A DNA stretch of 64,000 nucleotides from a virus. Taxonomy: Duplodnaviria > Caudoviricetes. The stretch is from positions 1 to 64,000 of IMG/VR virus record IMGVR_UViG_2828164553_000001. One strand, given 5' to 3'. The notes under the pieces are model-generated. The model saw only the letters and a list, made by a program, of their open reading frames with translations, made no database searches and was not told where the DNA came from. Shown piece by piece: positions 38,133 to 47,304 of the stretch. Position numbers and translations under genes: made by a program. Position 1 is the stretch's first letter. Each line of letters starts with the position of its first letter.

Positions 38133-38787
38133 GCGATACGTGTCCCCGGCCGGTGCCGCCATCTGGCCGCGGCTGAATGCCCCCGACACCAAGTACAACG
38201 CGGACGGCGAGTTCTCCGCCAAGCTCGCGATGGAAGAGTCAGACGCCGACACCCAGGCGTTCATCAAGAAGCTGACCGCAATCCGCGACGAAGCCTTTGA
38301 GCAGTTCAAATCCGAGAACCCGAAACATAAGAAGGCCGCACTGGCGGACTTCTTCGCTTCGGAAACGGACGACGAGGGTGACGAAACTGGCAGGGTTACG
38401 TTCAACTTCAAGATGAAGCACAAGATCAAGGCGAAGAAGACCGGCAAGGTCTACACAATGGTTCCGACCATCGTGAACTCCAAGAAGGAAGTGCTGAAGA
38501 ATCCGCCGAACATTGGCGGCGGCAGCCTTCTCAAGGTGAGCTTCGAGGCCGTCCCCTACTTCGCGGCGGCGGACAAGAAGTTTGGCATTTCGCTGCGCAT
38601 GGTCGGCGTCCAGATCATCAAGCTGGTCGAGTTCGGCGGCGCCAGCCGTGCAGCCGACGACTTCGATGAGGAGGATGGCGACGACATCGCAGACGGCGCA
38701 GATCGTCCGAGCGATGACGACGACTCCGATGATTCGGAAGACGACAGCGACAGCGACGGAGATGATGGCGACGACGGCGACTACTAA
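38110..38787 (+). CDS. ssDNA-binding protein (gp2.5-like)
   Basis: SPAG, PDTKY, IGGGS.LKV, VQIIKLVEFGG; long acidic tail ending in an aromatic residue. Confidence 0.93.
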   Translation: MTQKKANKRYVSPAGAAIWPRLNAPDTKYNADGEFSAKLAMEESDADTQAFIKKLTAIRDEAFEQFKSENPKHKKAALADFFASETDDEGDETGRVTFNFKMKHKIKAKKTGKVYTMVPTIVNSKKEVLKNPPNIGGGSLLKVSFEAVPYFAAADKKFGISLRMVGVQIIKLVEFGGASRAADDFDEEDGDDIADGADRPSDDDDSDDSEDDSDSDGDDGDDGDY

Positions 38788-39268
38788 GCCCTCGTCCAAG
38801 GTCACGAAGGGGGCGGCGCTTGCCGCCTCTTTCATTTTTTCCATAGACCCCGTTCCGGCTTCTCGCCCCCGCGTTACGCGCTGGGGCACGTACCACCTGA
38901 AGACCTACAAGACCTGGCTTGAAGCGGCAGGCAAGTACCTCAAGGGCCTATCCCACGTCGCAGGACACGGCATCCGCCCGGATACGCCACTGATCGTTGT
39001 CGCCGAGTTCGTCTGCCGAAAGCCCAAGACGACCAAGCTGTTGACGCCGAAGGGCGACATCGACAACTACCTGAAAGCCCCGCTGGACGCGATTACACAC
39101 GCCGGCCTGTGGGGCGACGACAAGTGGATCACCACCGTCGTCGCAACCAAGCGATTCCAGGAACCCGGCGAAGAGCCGCACACCGCGTTGTCAGTGTACG
39201 AAGCTCCGCGCGAGAGCCTGTTCAATCAACTCACTCAGTTCATCCGGGGGATCTTCCGGTGCGACTGA
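38765..39268 (+). CDS. rusA: RusA-family Holliday junction resolvase
   Basis: PVPASRPR, GDIDNYLKAPLDA...WGDDKWI. Confidence 0.85.
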   Translation: MATTATTKPSSKVTKGAALAASFIFSIDPVPASRPRVTRWGTYHLKTYKTWLEAAGKYLKGLSHVAGHGIRPDTPLIVVAEFVCRKPKTTKLLTPKGDIDNYLKAPLDAITHAGLWGDDKWITTVVATKRFQEPGEEPHTALSVYEAPRESLFNQLTQFIRGIFRCD

Positions 39269-39630
39269 AAAAGATGGCCAACCCTGACCAGCTGTTCGTA
39301 ACCGCCTCAATGACGCGGCCGGACCACTCTGTCACTGGCGCCGAACTGGCGCGCATCCACCGCTCGCAGGGCTTCTCCAAGATCGCAGTCCACTACGTCA
39401 TCGAGCGCGACGGAACCGTCTTCGACGGCCGCGGTTTGGACGAGCCGGGCTGCTTGGCCGCGCGCGCAAACGACCGATCGATCCAGGCGTGTCTGGTCGG
39501 CGGTGTCGATGACGCCCTGACACCAACCAACAACTTTTCCAAGCAACAGCGAATGGCGCTGCGGCGAGTCGTGCGTAAGCACGGTCTTCCCGTGGTGTTC
39601 GACCGCGTGTGCCCACTACAGGAAATCTAG
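39259..39630 (+). CDS. T7 lysozyme (gp3.5) homologue, apparently catalytically degenerate
   Basis: HYVIERDGTV..GR, SI.ACLVGG, NFSKQQ align with T7 gp3.5; Zn/catalytic residues are substituted. Confidence 0.85.
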   Translation: MRLKKMANPDQLFVTASMTRPDHSVTGAELARIHRSQGFSKIAVHYVIERDGTVFDGRGLDEPGCLAARANDRSIQACLVGGVDDALTPTNNFSKQQRMALRRVVRKHGLPVVFDRVCPLQEI

Positions 39631-39632
39631 CA

Positions 39633-40013
39633 ATGAAACTGTCCCGTCAAGCCAACCTGATCGTCGATCACCTCTACAACAACCAGCACATCACCTCGTG
39701 GCAGGCTGAGGGCGTCTACCGCGTCCGCCGCCTGGCGTCGCGCATTACCGAACTGAATCGTGCCGGCTACGACATCCGCAAGGAGCGTTGCGAAGACGCG
39801 ACGGGGCAGTCCTACACGCGCTACTCCTTCACCCGAGCGCAAAAGCGTCGCAGCACGCCGGTGCACCCGCAGACCCCCGAGCAGCCGCGCTTTCTGCTGG
39901 ATCGCCTGATCGACCTTTACCGCACCTACTGCGCGAAGGAACTGGGCCTGGGTGGCGATGACCTGGACACCGAGACCGAAGACTTCCGCCGCTTCCTCCA
40001 GGAGGCCAAGTAA
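39633..40013 (+). CDS. Winged-HTH DNA-binding protein
   Basis: HL...ITSWQA...RLASRITEL..AGYDI. Confidence 0.75.
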   Translation: MKLSRQANLIVDHLYNNQHITSWQAEGVYRVRRLASRITELNRAGYDIRKERCEDATGQSYTRYSFTRAQKRRSTPVHPQTPEQPRFLLDRLIDLYRTYCAKELGLGGDDLDTETEDFRRFLQEAK

Positions 40014-40183
40014 TGGAAAAGGTTCAATCCGCAATGCGCCTCGCCTTCGCAAACGCCACCAAAAACGTGCTGAAGGAAGAACGCGAGCGTACCTACGCGA
40101 TGGTCCGTTCGGCTTCCAACCGCCAACTGGGCGTGACCCACCGCAAGACCATGTGGTCGGTCGAGCGTGTCAGCCGACGCTGA
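40013..40183 (+). CDS. 56-aa hypothetical protein (not in ORF track)
   Basis: GGAGG RBS, TAATG coupling. Confidence 0.55.
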   Translation: MEKVQSAMRLAFANATKNVLKEERERTYAMVRSASNRQLGVTHRKTMWSVERVSRR

Positions 40184-41801
40184 GTCTCAGTTCGTCGCCA
40201 AAGAGCCGTGCCCGAAGTGTGGTAGTCGCGACAACCTCGCGCGCTACGACGACGGGCACGGCTTCTGCTTCGGGTGCTCCCACTATGAGCCGGCAGATGG
40301 TGACGCCACACGCACGCAATCAAGGCCCCGCATGTCCGACGACTTTGCTCAGGGCGAAGCATCCGCCCTGGCCGCTCGCGGTCTGCAGGAAGAAACCTGT
40401 CGCAAGTTCTCCTATTGGGTAGGAAAGAACAAAGACGGCAAAACCTGCCAGATCGCCAACTACCGCCGCGACGGTCGCACCGTCGCTCAAAAACTCCGAT
40501 TCAAAGATAAGAAGTTCGCCTTCCTAGGCGACACCAAGGAAGCAGGACTGTTCGGCCAGCACCTCTGGCAACCCACGCGGCGATTAGTCATCACCGAAGG
40601 TGAAATCGACTGCCTTAGCGTGGCGCAAGTTCTCGGCCTGAAGTGGCCCGTAGTGTCAGTCCCGAACGGTGCGCAGGGCGCAGCCAAGGCCATCAAGCGT
40701 GAACTGGAGTGGGTCGAAAAGTTCGACGAAGTGGTCATCATGTTCGACATGGATGAGCCAGGCCAGACAGCCGCTCAGGAGGTCGCTGAAATCCTTTCGC
40801 CGGGCAAGGCACGCATCGCGCAGCTGCCGCTGAAAGATCCCAACGCGATGCTCCAAGCGGGCAACGGCGAAGCCATCGTCTCGTGCATCTACGAAGCTCA
40901 GACAGTTCGTCCAGACGGCATCGTGACCTTCGGCTCAGTACGCGAAAAAGCGCTGGCGCCAGTGGTCGTAGGGATGCCTTGGCCGTGGCCTGACCTGACC
41001 AACTACACGCTTGGACGACGCTACGGCGAAATCTATGGCCTGGGCGCAGGCACGGGCATGGGCAAGTCCGATGTGTTCGACGAAATCATCGTGTTCACGG
41101 CGACCACCTGCAACGAGAAGTGCGGCGTCCTCAAGCTGGAACAGCCACCTGCGGAAACCGCAAAGCGCCTGGCTGGCAAGTACGCATCCCGCCGCTTCCA
41201 TGTGCCCGACGCAGGCTGGACACAACAGGAGTTAGAAGACGCGTTCGACATCCTGGACAGCACCGGCAACGTCGTTCTTTACGACCACTTCGGCACCACC
41301 GACTGGGATGTCATCGCCTCCAAGATGCGGCACATGGCAGTTGCAGATGGCGTCAAACATATCTTCCTAGACCATCTGACGGCGCTCGCGGCCGACGCTG
41401 AGGACGAGAAGAAAGTGTTGGAACAGGTGATGGCTGCACTCGCCAAGTTGGCGATGGAGCTGAGCGTCTGCATCTACTTCATCTCGCACCTTACGACTCC
41501 CGAGAAGGGATCGCCCCACGAGGAAGGCGGGCGCGTGACCATCCGCCAGTTCAAGGGCAGTCGCGCTATTGGCTTCTGGTCGCACTTCATGTTCGGTCTG
41601 GAGCGCGATCAACAGGCGGCAGACATCTCCGTTCGCACCACAACGACTCTCCGCGTGCTCAAGGACCGCTACACCGGTCAAGCCGCGGGCAAGTGCATCT
41701 ACCTCCGCTACGACGAGCAAACCGGGCGACTCGTGCCATGCGCAGATCCCTACGCGGACAGCGGTGACGAGAGCTACGACGAAACACCGGGCGGCTATTG
41801 A
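40167..41801 (+). CDS. Primase/helicase (gp4-like)
   Basis: CPKCGSRD...CFGC, ITEGEIDC, FDMD, GTGMGKS, LDHL. Confidence 0.97.
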   Translation: MSADAESQFVAKEPCPKCGSRDNLARYDDGHGFCFGCSHYEPADGDATRTQSRPRMSDDFAQGEASALAARGLQEETCRKFSYWVGKNKDGKTCQIANYRRDGRTVAQKLRFKDKKFAFLGDTKEAGLFGQHLWQPTRRLVITEGEIDCLSVAQVLGLKWPVVSVPNGAQGAAKAIKRELEWVEKFDEVVIMFDMDEPGQTAAQEVAEILSPGKARIAQLPLKDPNAMLQAGNGEAIVSCIYEAQTVRPDGIVTFGSVREKALAPVVVGMPWPWPDLTNYTLGRRYGEIYGLGAGTGMGKSDVFDEIIVFTATTCNEKCGVLKLEQPPAETAKRLAGKYASRRFHVPDAGWTQQELEDAFDILDSTGNVVLYDHFGTTDWDVIASKMRHMAVADGVKHIFLDHLTALAADAEDEKKVLEQVMAALAKLAMELSVCIYFISHLTTPEKGSPHEEGGRVTIRQFKGSRAIGFWSHFMFGLERDQQAADISVRTTTTLRVLKDRYTGQAAGKCIYLRYDEQTGRLVPCADPYADSGDESYDETPGGY

Positions 41802-41833
41802 GCCGCATCCCATCTCATCCAAGGAACAACCGC

Positions 41834-42079
41834 ATGACCCTCAAGACCACACTGCTGGCAATCCACGCCTTCCTAACTCCGGCCCCGAGCGTTGACGCCA
41901 TCTGCGCTGACCTGGATCGCACCCTGGGCAAACTGGACGCAGCCGAAGGAAAGCTGCGCGACCGCGCTGCAATCGCCGAAGCAAAGGCTGCCAAGTTGGT
42001 ACAGGAAGCCGTCGGCCACCGCTCGCGCGCCTTGCGTGCCGGTCGGGTCGCCAGTCGTATCAAGGCCATCATCGAATGA
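41834..42079 (+). CDS. Hypothetical coiled-coil protein
   Basis: AAGGA RBS. Confidence 0.6.
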   Translation: MTLKTTLLAIHAFLTPAPSVDAICADLDRTLGKLDAAEGKLRDRAAIAEAKAAKLVQEAVGHRSRALRAGRVASRIKAIIE

Positions 42080-42696
42080 GCTACGGCGCCTACATCAAGG
42101 GCATCTTTCTGGACATGCCGGCCGCCGCACGCATCGTCTCCATCCTCGGTGGCGGCGCCCTGCGCTCGTTCTATGACGGCACTGCCGCCAAAGACTACGA
42201 CTTGTTCTTCCGTTCCTATCAGGACTACCTCGTTGCCTTCGCTGCGTTCGCGGACCAGGGCAACCGGTACAGGGAGCTGGCAGCGCCCAACGGCACCTCT
42301 CAGTTCCACGACCTGAGCACCGGCCGTCTCTTCAACTTGGTCGGCTTCCACTTCGACACGCCGCACGGCCATCGGGATGCATTCGATTTCCGCTGTTGCA
42401 TGTTCGTGGCGTGGCTGGAATTCAACCTTCCGACCACATCAGCGCACCCCGATGCTCCTGCAGACGCCGCGGCGAAGCGTCTCGTTGTGATGAACAACAA
42501 CGGCGACGAACGTACTTATGCTCGGATGCACCGCTACCGGGACTACGGCTACCGCCTCGACTTGGGTCTTGGTGAGGAACTCATCAAGCAGCCGGGTGAC
42601 GTTCCCCTGCCAAGTTTCGAGCGCGTCAAGCAGATCCTCAAAAGCTACCCCAAGGCAGCACGAGGAGTAGGCTCCGATGGCCTGGCTCGTCTTTGA
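42076..42696 (+). CDS. Nucleotidyltransferase-like protein (CCA/polyA-pol head domain)
   Basis: GGALRS...KDYDLFF, FDFRCC. Confidence 0.7.
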   Translation: MSYGAYIKGIFLDMPAAARIVSILGGGALRSFYDGTAAKDYDLFFRSYQDYLVAFAAFADQGNRYRELAAPNGTSQFHDLSTGRLFNLVGFHFDTPHGHRDAFDFRCCMFVAWLEFNLPTTSAHPDAPADAAAKRLVVMNNNGDERTYARMHRYRDYGYRLDLGLGEELIKQPGDVPLPSFERVKQILKSYPKAARGVGSDGLARL

Positions 42697-44590
42697 CATT
42701 GAGACCAACGGCCTACTCGACGAACTGACCACTATTCACTGCATCTCCCTCCAGGAAGTAACTCCGGAGGGAGTACCTGTGAGTGCTGTGCTCTCAGCCA
42801 ACCGCGTGAATGGGGAGCTGACCATCGAGCAGGCCTTGGAAATGCTTCAGGGCGCGGATGCCGTGGTCGGCCACAACATCGTCAACTTCGACGTGCCTAC
42901 CATCCGCAAGCTGTACCCGAAGTTCAAGATCAAGCGCGCACTGGACACGATGTTGCTGTCCACACTTCTTTGGCCTGACCTCCGCGACCGCGACTTCAAC
43001 TTCGCCAAGAAGAACCCCGGCAAGTTGCCAGGCCAGTTCATCGGCCGGCATTCGCTGGAGTCTTGGGGCTACCGCTTGGGCGAATGGAAGGGCGACTACT
43101 CCGCCGTGATGAAGGCCAAGGGCCTCGACCCGTGGGCTGAGTGGAATCAGGAGATGGACGACTACTGCGACCAGGACGTACGCGTCACGCAGAAGCTCTT
43201 CGCCCTCCAGATGACCAAGGGCCTGTCGCAAGAAGCGATTGACCTGGAGCACGGCATCGCACCCATCCTCCAGCGTCAAACCGCCTATGGCTTCCTGTTC
43301 GATCAGAAGAAGGCCGACAAGTTGCAACGCGAATTCATGGTCACAAAGGCCAGGCTCACAGACGAGCTGACCCGTGTGTTTCAGCCCTGGCGCGAGAGCC
43401 TCGGCATGTTCGTCCCGAAGGTCAACAACGCCAAGCTCGGCTACGTCAAAGGGGTACCACACGAGAAGTTTAAGTCCTACGTCTTCAATGCCGGCTCTCG
43501 CGATCACATCGCAAAGCGCCTGAAGGCCCTGCACGGGTGGAAGCCCGCTGTGTTCACGCCGGAGGGTCGCCCAAAGATCGACGAAGAGACCCTTGCGCAC
43601 CTCAAGTACCCCGAAATTCCCATGCTGTTGCGCTACCTGACTGTGGCGAAGCGCGCCGGGCAACTTTCCGAACCTCCGCCGAAGCTCAAGAAGGACGGCA
43701 CCCCAAGCAAGTCGAAGAAGAAATCCGAAGCCTGGATCACTCAGGTTAAGAAGGATGGACGCATCCACGGGCGGGTGAATCAGAACGCAGCGGTCACCGG
43801 GCGCATGACGCACTCGGGACCGAACATGGCACAGGTCCCCAAGGTCCAGAAGTGCAACGAGGGGATTCTCTTCGGCGAGGCAGGTGGCTGGGGCTATGAG
43901 TGCCGCGAGCTGTTCACCGTGCCCAAGGGCAAGAAGCTGGTGGGCGCCGACGCCTCGGGCCTGGAGCTGCGCTGCCTGGCGCACTTCATGGCCGCCTTCG
44001 ACGGCGGCGCCTACGCGACCGTACTGCTGGAAGGCGACATCCACGCCGAGAACCAGAACGCAGCCGGCCTGCCGTCGCGCGACAACGCGAAGACCTTCAT
44101 CTACGCCTTCCTCTATGGGGCCGGCGACGAGAAGATCGGGTCGATCATCGGGAAGGGCCGCAAACACGGCAAGGCGCTTAAGGAGAAGTTCCTCCAGGGT
44201 CTTCCAGCGCTCGCCAAACTGGTCAATGGCGTCAAGAAGCGCGCCAAGGCGAAGGGCTATCTCATCGGCCTGGACGGTCGGAAGCTGCACATCCGCAGCG
44301 ACCACGCTGCACTCAACACGCTCCTGCAGTCCGCAGGCGCGCTGGTCATGAAGAAGGGACTGCACATCCTGGACGTGCGCCTGCAGGAAGCCGGCCTTGC
44401 GCCGGGAGTGAACTACGAGTTCGTCGGCAACATCCACGACGAGTGGCAGATCGAGGTGGACGAGAAACATGCCGAGTTCGTCGGACGGTCAGCGGTCGCT
44501 TCGATCCGTGCGGCAGGCGATTACTTCGGCTTTCGCTGCCCACTCGATGGCGAATACAAGATCGGCAACAACTGGGCTGAAACCCACTGA
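42677..44590 (+). CDS. Family A DNA polymerase (gp5-like)
   Basis: FDIET, GHN..FD, DASGLELR, AKTFIYAFLYGAG, HDEWQ. Confidence 0.98.
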   Translation: MAWLVFDIETNGLLDELTTIHCISLQEVTPEGVPVSAVLSANRVNGELTIEQALEMLQGADAVVGHNIVNFDVPTIRKLYPKFKIKRALDTMLLSTLLWPDLRDRDFNFAKKNPGKLPGQFIGRHSLESWGYRLGEWKGDYSAVMKAKGLDPWAEWNQEMDDYCDQDVRVTQKLFALQMTKGLSQEAIDLEHGIAPILQRQTAYGFLFDQKKADKLQREFMVTKARLTDELTRVFQPWRESLGMFVPKVNNAKLGYVKGVPHEKFKSYVFNAGSRDHIAKRLKALHGWKPAVFTPEGRPKIDEETLAHLKYPEIPMLLRYLTVAKRAGQLSEPPPKLKKDGTPSKSKKKSEAWITQVKKDGRIHGRVNQNAAVTGRMTHSGPNMAQVPKVQKCNEGILFGEAGGWGYECRELFTVPKGKKLVGADASGLELRCLAHFMAAFDGGAYATVLLEGDIHAENQNAAGLPSRDNAKTFIYAFLYGAGDEKIGSIIGKGRKHGKALKEKFLQGLPALAKLVNGVKKRAKAKGYLIGLDGRKLHIRSDHAALNTLLQSAGALVMKKGLHILDVRLQEAGLAPGVNYEFVGNIHDEWQIEVDEKHAEFVGRSAVASIRAAGDYFGFRCPLDGEYKIGNNWAETH

Positions 44591-44619
44591 CCAAAGCACG
44601 CACCTCCGATCCGGCAGGT

Positions 44620-44913
44620 GTGCTCCTTCGCAGCGCCCGTAGGCGGGCACAGAAGCGCGGCCTCCCGTTCGACCTGGAAAGGGACGACATACGGATTCCG
44701 AGCTTCTGTCCCGCCCTGGGCATTCCGCTGTTCCGCTCTGTCGGACTGAAGGCGCAGGGGCCGAACTCCCCAACCTTGGATCGCATAACGCCCGAGCTGG
44801 GCTATGTGCGCGGCAACGTCCGCGTCATCTCCAGCCGCGCCAACCAAATCAAATCAGACGCCACCCCAGCAGAGCTGCTGCAGGTGGCCTGTTTCTATCA
44901 GGAGCATCAATGA
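44620..44913 (+). CDS. HNH-like endonuclease
   Basis: CPALG, SPTLDRI...GYVRGNVRVIS.RAN.IK. Confidence 0.8.
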   Translation: MLLRSARRRAQKRGLPFDLERDDIRIPSFCPALGIPLFRSVGLKAQGPNSPTLDRITPELGYVRGNVRVISSRANQIKSDATPAELLQVACFYQEHQ

Positions 44914-45248
44914 GCACCGACAAAAATCGCGAGTTCTGGTTGTCCTCCATCCAGTCCCTGGAGAACGACCTGGCGCAGGCGCGCGACCGCCTTGCCGAGT
45001 ACGACCAGGCGCCTGAGCGGTTCCAGTTCGATACCGTGGAAGACGCTTCTGGCGTACTGGGCGATGTCCTGTGGTCCCGCGCTCACGCGGACTGCGAAGG
45101 TTCGTACAACTGCGGCGACGATGAGTACCGTCAGGAGTGCTACGTGCAGGGCGTCAAGCACGTCGCCATCTTCACGGCCGACTACAACCGTCACGACAAG
45201 ACCTACTACTACATCGACTTCTGGAATTGCCGGGTCGAAGTGGTGTGA
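44910..45248 (+). CDS. Hypothetical protein
   Basis: AGGAG RBS; coupled. Confidence 0.65.
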   Translation: MSTDKNREFWLSSIQSLENDLAQARDRLAEYDQAPERFQFDTVEDASGVLGDVLWSRAHADCEGSYNCGDDEYRQECYVQGVKHVAIFTADYNRHDKTYYYIDFWNCRVEVV

Positions 45249-45625
45249 CCCCCAAGCAAATCCTCCAGACCTTCGCCGCATTGGTTGTCCTCGCCGCACT
45301 CGGCGCGGGCGGCTATGCCGCCTGGTCCTATCGCTCCATGGCGGAGCGCGTCACATCGCTTGAAGCAACGGCGCGTGACTACGAAGACCTCAAGAAATCC
45401 GTGGCGACCCTCCAGCAGGAGGCCGTTCGCCGTGCCTCTTTCGACAAAGCAATCCGGGACTTGCGCGCCGAGCGCAACCGTTCCGTGGAGACCGCCGCAA
45501 ATGAAAACCCTGTTGTTGCTGGCTACCTGCACCAGCGCATTCCTGACGAGCTGCGCAACGCGCACTTCGCTGATCGAACAGTACCTTCAGCCGTGTCAGG
45601 TCGAGGGCAAGCACAGCTCCCTTGA
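45245..45625 (+). CDS. Probable i-spanin (Rz-like)
   Basis: N-terminal TM, coiled coil, YL.QRIPDEL. Confidence 0.75.
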   Translation: MTPKQILQTFAALVVLAALGAGGYAAWSYRSMAERVTSLEATARDYEDLKKSVATLQQEAVRRASFDKAIRDLRAERNRSVETAANENPVVAGYLHQRIPDELRNAHFADRTVPSAVSGRGQAQLP

Positions 45626-45755
45626 CGCGGTGATGGCCGACCCGGCTTCCGAGACATACGACCTCTACCACTTCGGCGGCAACGCCCAGGACGCCCTTGC
45701 GCGCTGCAACGCCGACAAGGAATCCATCAAGCGCCTTCAGGAGGGCAAGCGATGA
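45501..45755 (+). CDS. Probable o-spanin lipoprotein (Rz1-like)
   Basis: FLTSC lipobox, YLQPC, ALARCNADK; overlaps the i-spanin. Confidence 0.75.
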   Translation: MKTLLLLATCTSAFLTSCATRTSLIEQYLQPCQVEGKHSSLDAVMADPASETYDLYHFGGNAQDALARCNADKESIKRLQEGKR

Positions 45756-45967
45756 GCCTCACCCCAATGCCGCGCTGGTCGAAGGACACCGAAGTGTTCG
45801 TCCGGCCGTCACATTTCCACGCCGGTCCCGGTGTCGTCGAAATCCACACGCGCTACAAGGACCTCAACAACGTCCAGCACGCACCCGTCGAGCACATCGC
45901 CGAGGCGACGGAGGCTGCGCTGCGCGAGCTGGCCTATGAAGTAGGGCGCCGGGCGGTGTTCGCATGA
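45752..45967 (+). CDS. Hypothetical protein
   Basis: GGAGG RBS; coupled. Confidence 0.6.
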   Translation: MSLTPMPRWSKDTEVFVRPSHFHAGPGVVEIHTRYKDLNNVQHAPVEHIAEATEAALRELAYEVGRRAVFA

Positions 45968-46290
45968 AGCGCCTACTGATACTCGCCGTTCTCGCCCTCA
46001 CGCTGGCCGGCTGCGACACCGACTTCCGCCCGCGCGAACCACGGGCCGATTACGGCTCGTGCCTGAGCGGCCACAACGAGACCAGCACGATGCTCACTGG
46101 CGGCGGCGTGGGTGCCTACATGGGTGGCGTCCCGCTGGGGAGCGGTATGCACATGGTCACCACGACGAGCTACGTCTGCGACAGGCATGAGTACCCCAAT
46201 GGCGACAGCCCGTCCTACTTTGCGGCCTACGACCAATACCTCGTGGACCTGGCGGCGTGGTACAAGCGGCACCCCGAGAAAGCACCTTGA
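45964..46290 (+). CDS. Lipoprotein of unknown function
   Basis: MKRLLILAVLALTLAGC lipobox. Confidence 0.75.
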   Translation: MKRLLILAVLALTLAGCDTDFRPREPRADYGSCLSGHNETSTMLTGGGVGAYMGGVPLGSGMHMVTTTSYVCDRHEYPNGDSPSYFAAYDQYLVDLAAWYKRHPEKAP

Positions 46291-47099
46291 AGAAGCGCCA
46301 GCGACCCGTCCTGCTGATCGACGCGGACGTGCTGCGGTACTACATGGCCTTCAAGAACACCAAGTGCATCGACTGGGATGGCGACGGCGACACCATGGAG
46401 GTGTATCAGCCGGAAAAGGCCAAGGTCGAGGTGGCGGAGTACATCGCGGAGCTGGTCGAGAAGTTCGACGCCGCCGACTTTGTGCTCCCTCTGTCCTGCC
46501 CGGAGCACAACTTCCGAAAGGACTTGGAGCCGACGTACAAGCAGGCACGTCACGAGAAGCCGAAGCCTGCGCTGTGGTACGCCCTGGACGAATTCATCCA
46601 CGCGGAGTACGCCGACAAGATCATCAAGCGGCACTCGCTAGAAGGCGACGACATCCTCGGAACACTAGCCACGCATCCAGAACCTAGGCGGTGCCCTGGG
46701 CCGCGCATCGTTGTGTCTATTGACAAGGATCTTCAGACGATCCCCTGCCGGCTATACAACCCCAACAAGTCGGACCTCGGCGTGCGGACCATCGACCGCT
46801 ACGACGCAGACCTGTTCTGGATGAAGCAAGCCCTGATGGGCGACACCACTGACAACTACACCGGGTGCCCCGGCATCGGCGCCAAGCGCGCTGACGACGC
46901 CCTGATGCCCGTCCACGAAGCGTACCGCGACAGCTCCCCCGAGGGGCACTTAGCGGCCCTTTGGAAGGCCGTGGTGGATGTCTACGAGAAGAAGGGACTG
47001 ACGGCGAATGACGCCCTCATCCAAGCACGTCTGGCGCGAATCCTCCGCCACGGCGACCTCAACTACAAAACGAACAAGGTGAATCTTTGGAAACCGTAA
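46287..47099 (+). CDS. 5'-3' exonuclease (gp6-like)
   Basis: LIDAD, LEGDDILG, SIDKD, GDTTDNYTGCPGIG, QARLARILR. Confidence 0.95.
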   Translation: MKKRQRPVLLIDADVLRYYMAFKNTKCIDWDGDGDTMEVYQPEKAKVEVAEYIAELVEKFDAADFVLPLSCPEHNFRKDLEPTYKQARHEKPKPALWYALDEFIHAEYADKIIKRHSLEGDDILGTLATHPEPRRCPGPRIVVSIDKDLQTIPCRLYNPNKSDLGVRTIDRYDADLFWMKQALMGDTTDNYTGCPGIGAKRADDALMPVHEAYRDSSPEGHLAALWKAVVDVYEKKGLTANDALIQARLARILRHGDLNYKTNKVNLWKP

Positions 47100-47272
47100 T
47101 GCTATTTCTGACCATCGTCGCGTGGTTCGGCGTGGCCTACTTCACGCTGGGCTGGACTGTGTTTTGGGCCTTCGTCGCTCTTGGCCTCGGGCGGCAGGTG
47201 AAGGTAAAGCTGTTCAACATCCTCGCACCCGCCATGTGCTGGTGCTGGCTGATTGCTGGATGGGTTTCTTGA
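47099..47272 (+). CDS. Small membrane protein
   Basis: Two hydrophobic segments; TAATG coupling. Confidence 0.55.
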   Translation: MLFLTIVAWFGVAYFTLGWTVFWAFVALGLGRQVKVKLFNILAPAMCWCWLIAGWVS

Positions 47273-47304
47273 ACCAGATGCCTCTGTTCCCGGCAGGTGG
47301 TCCG

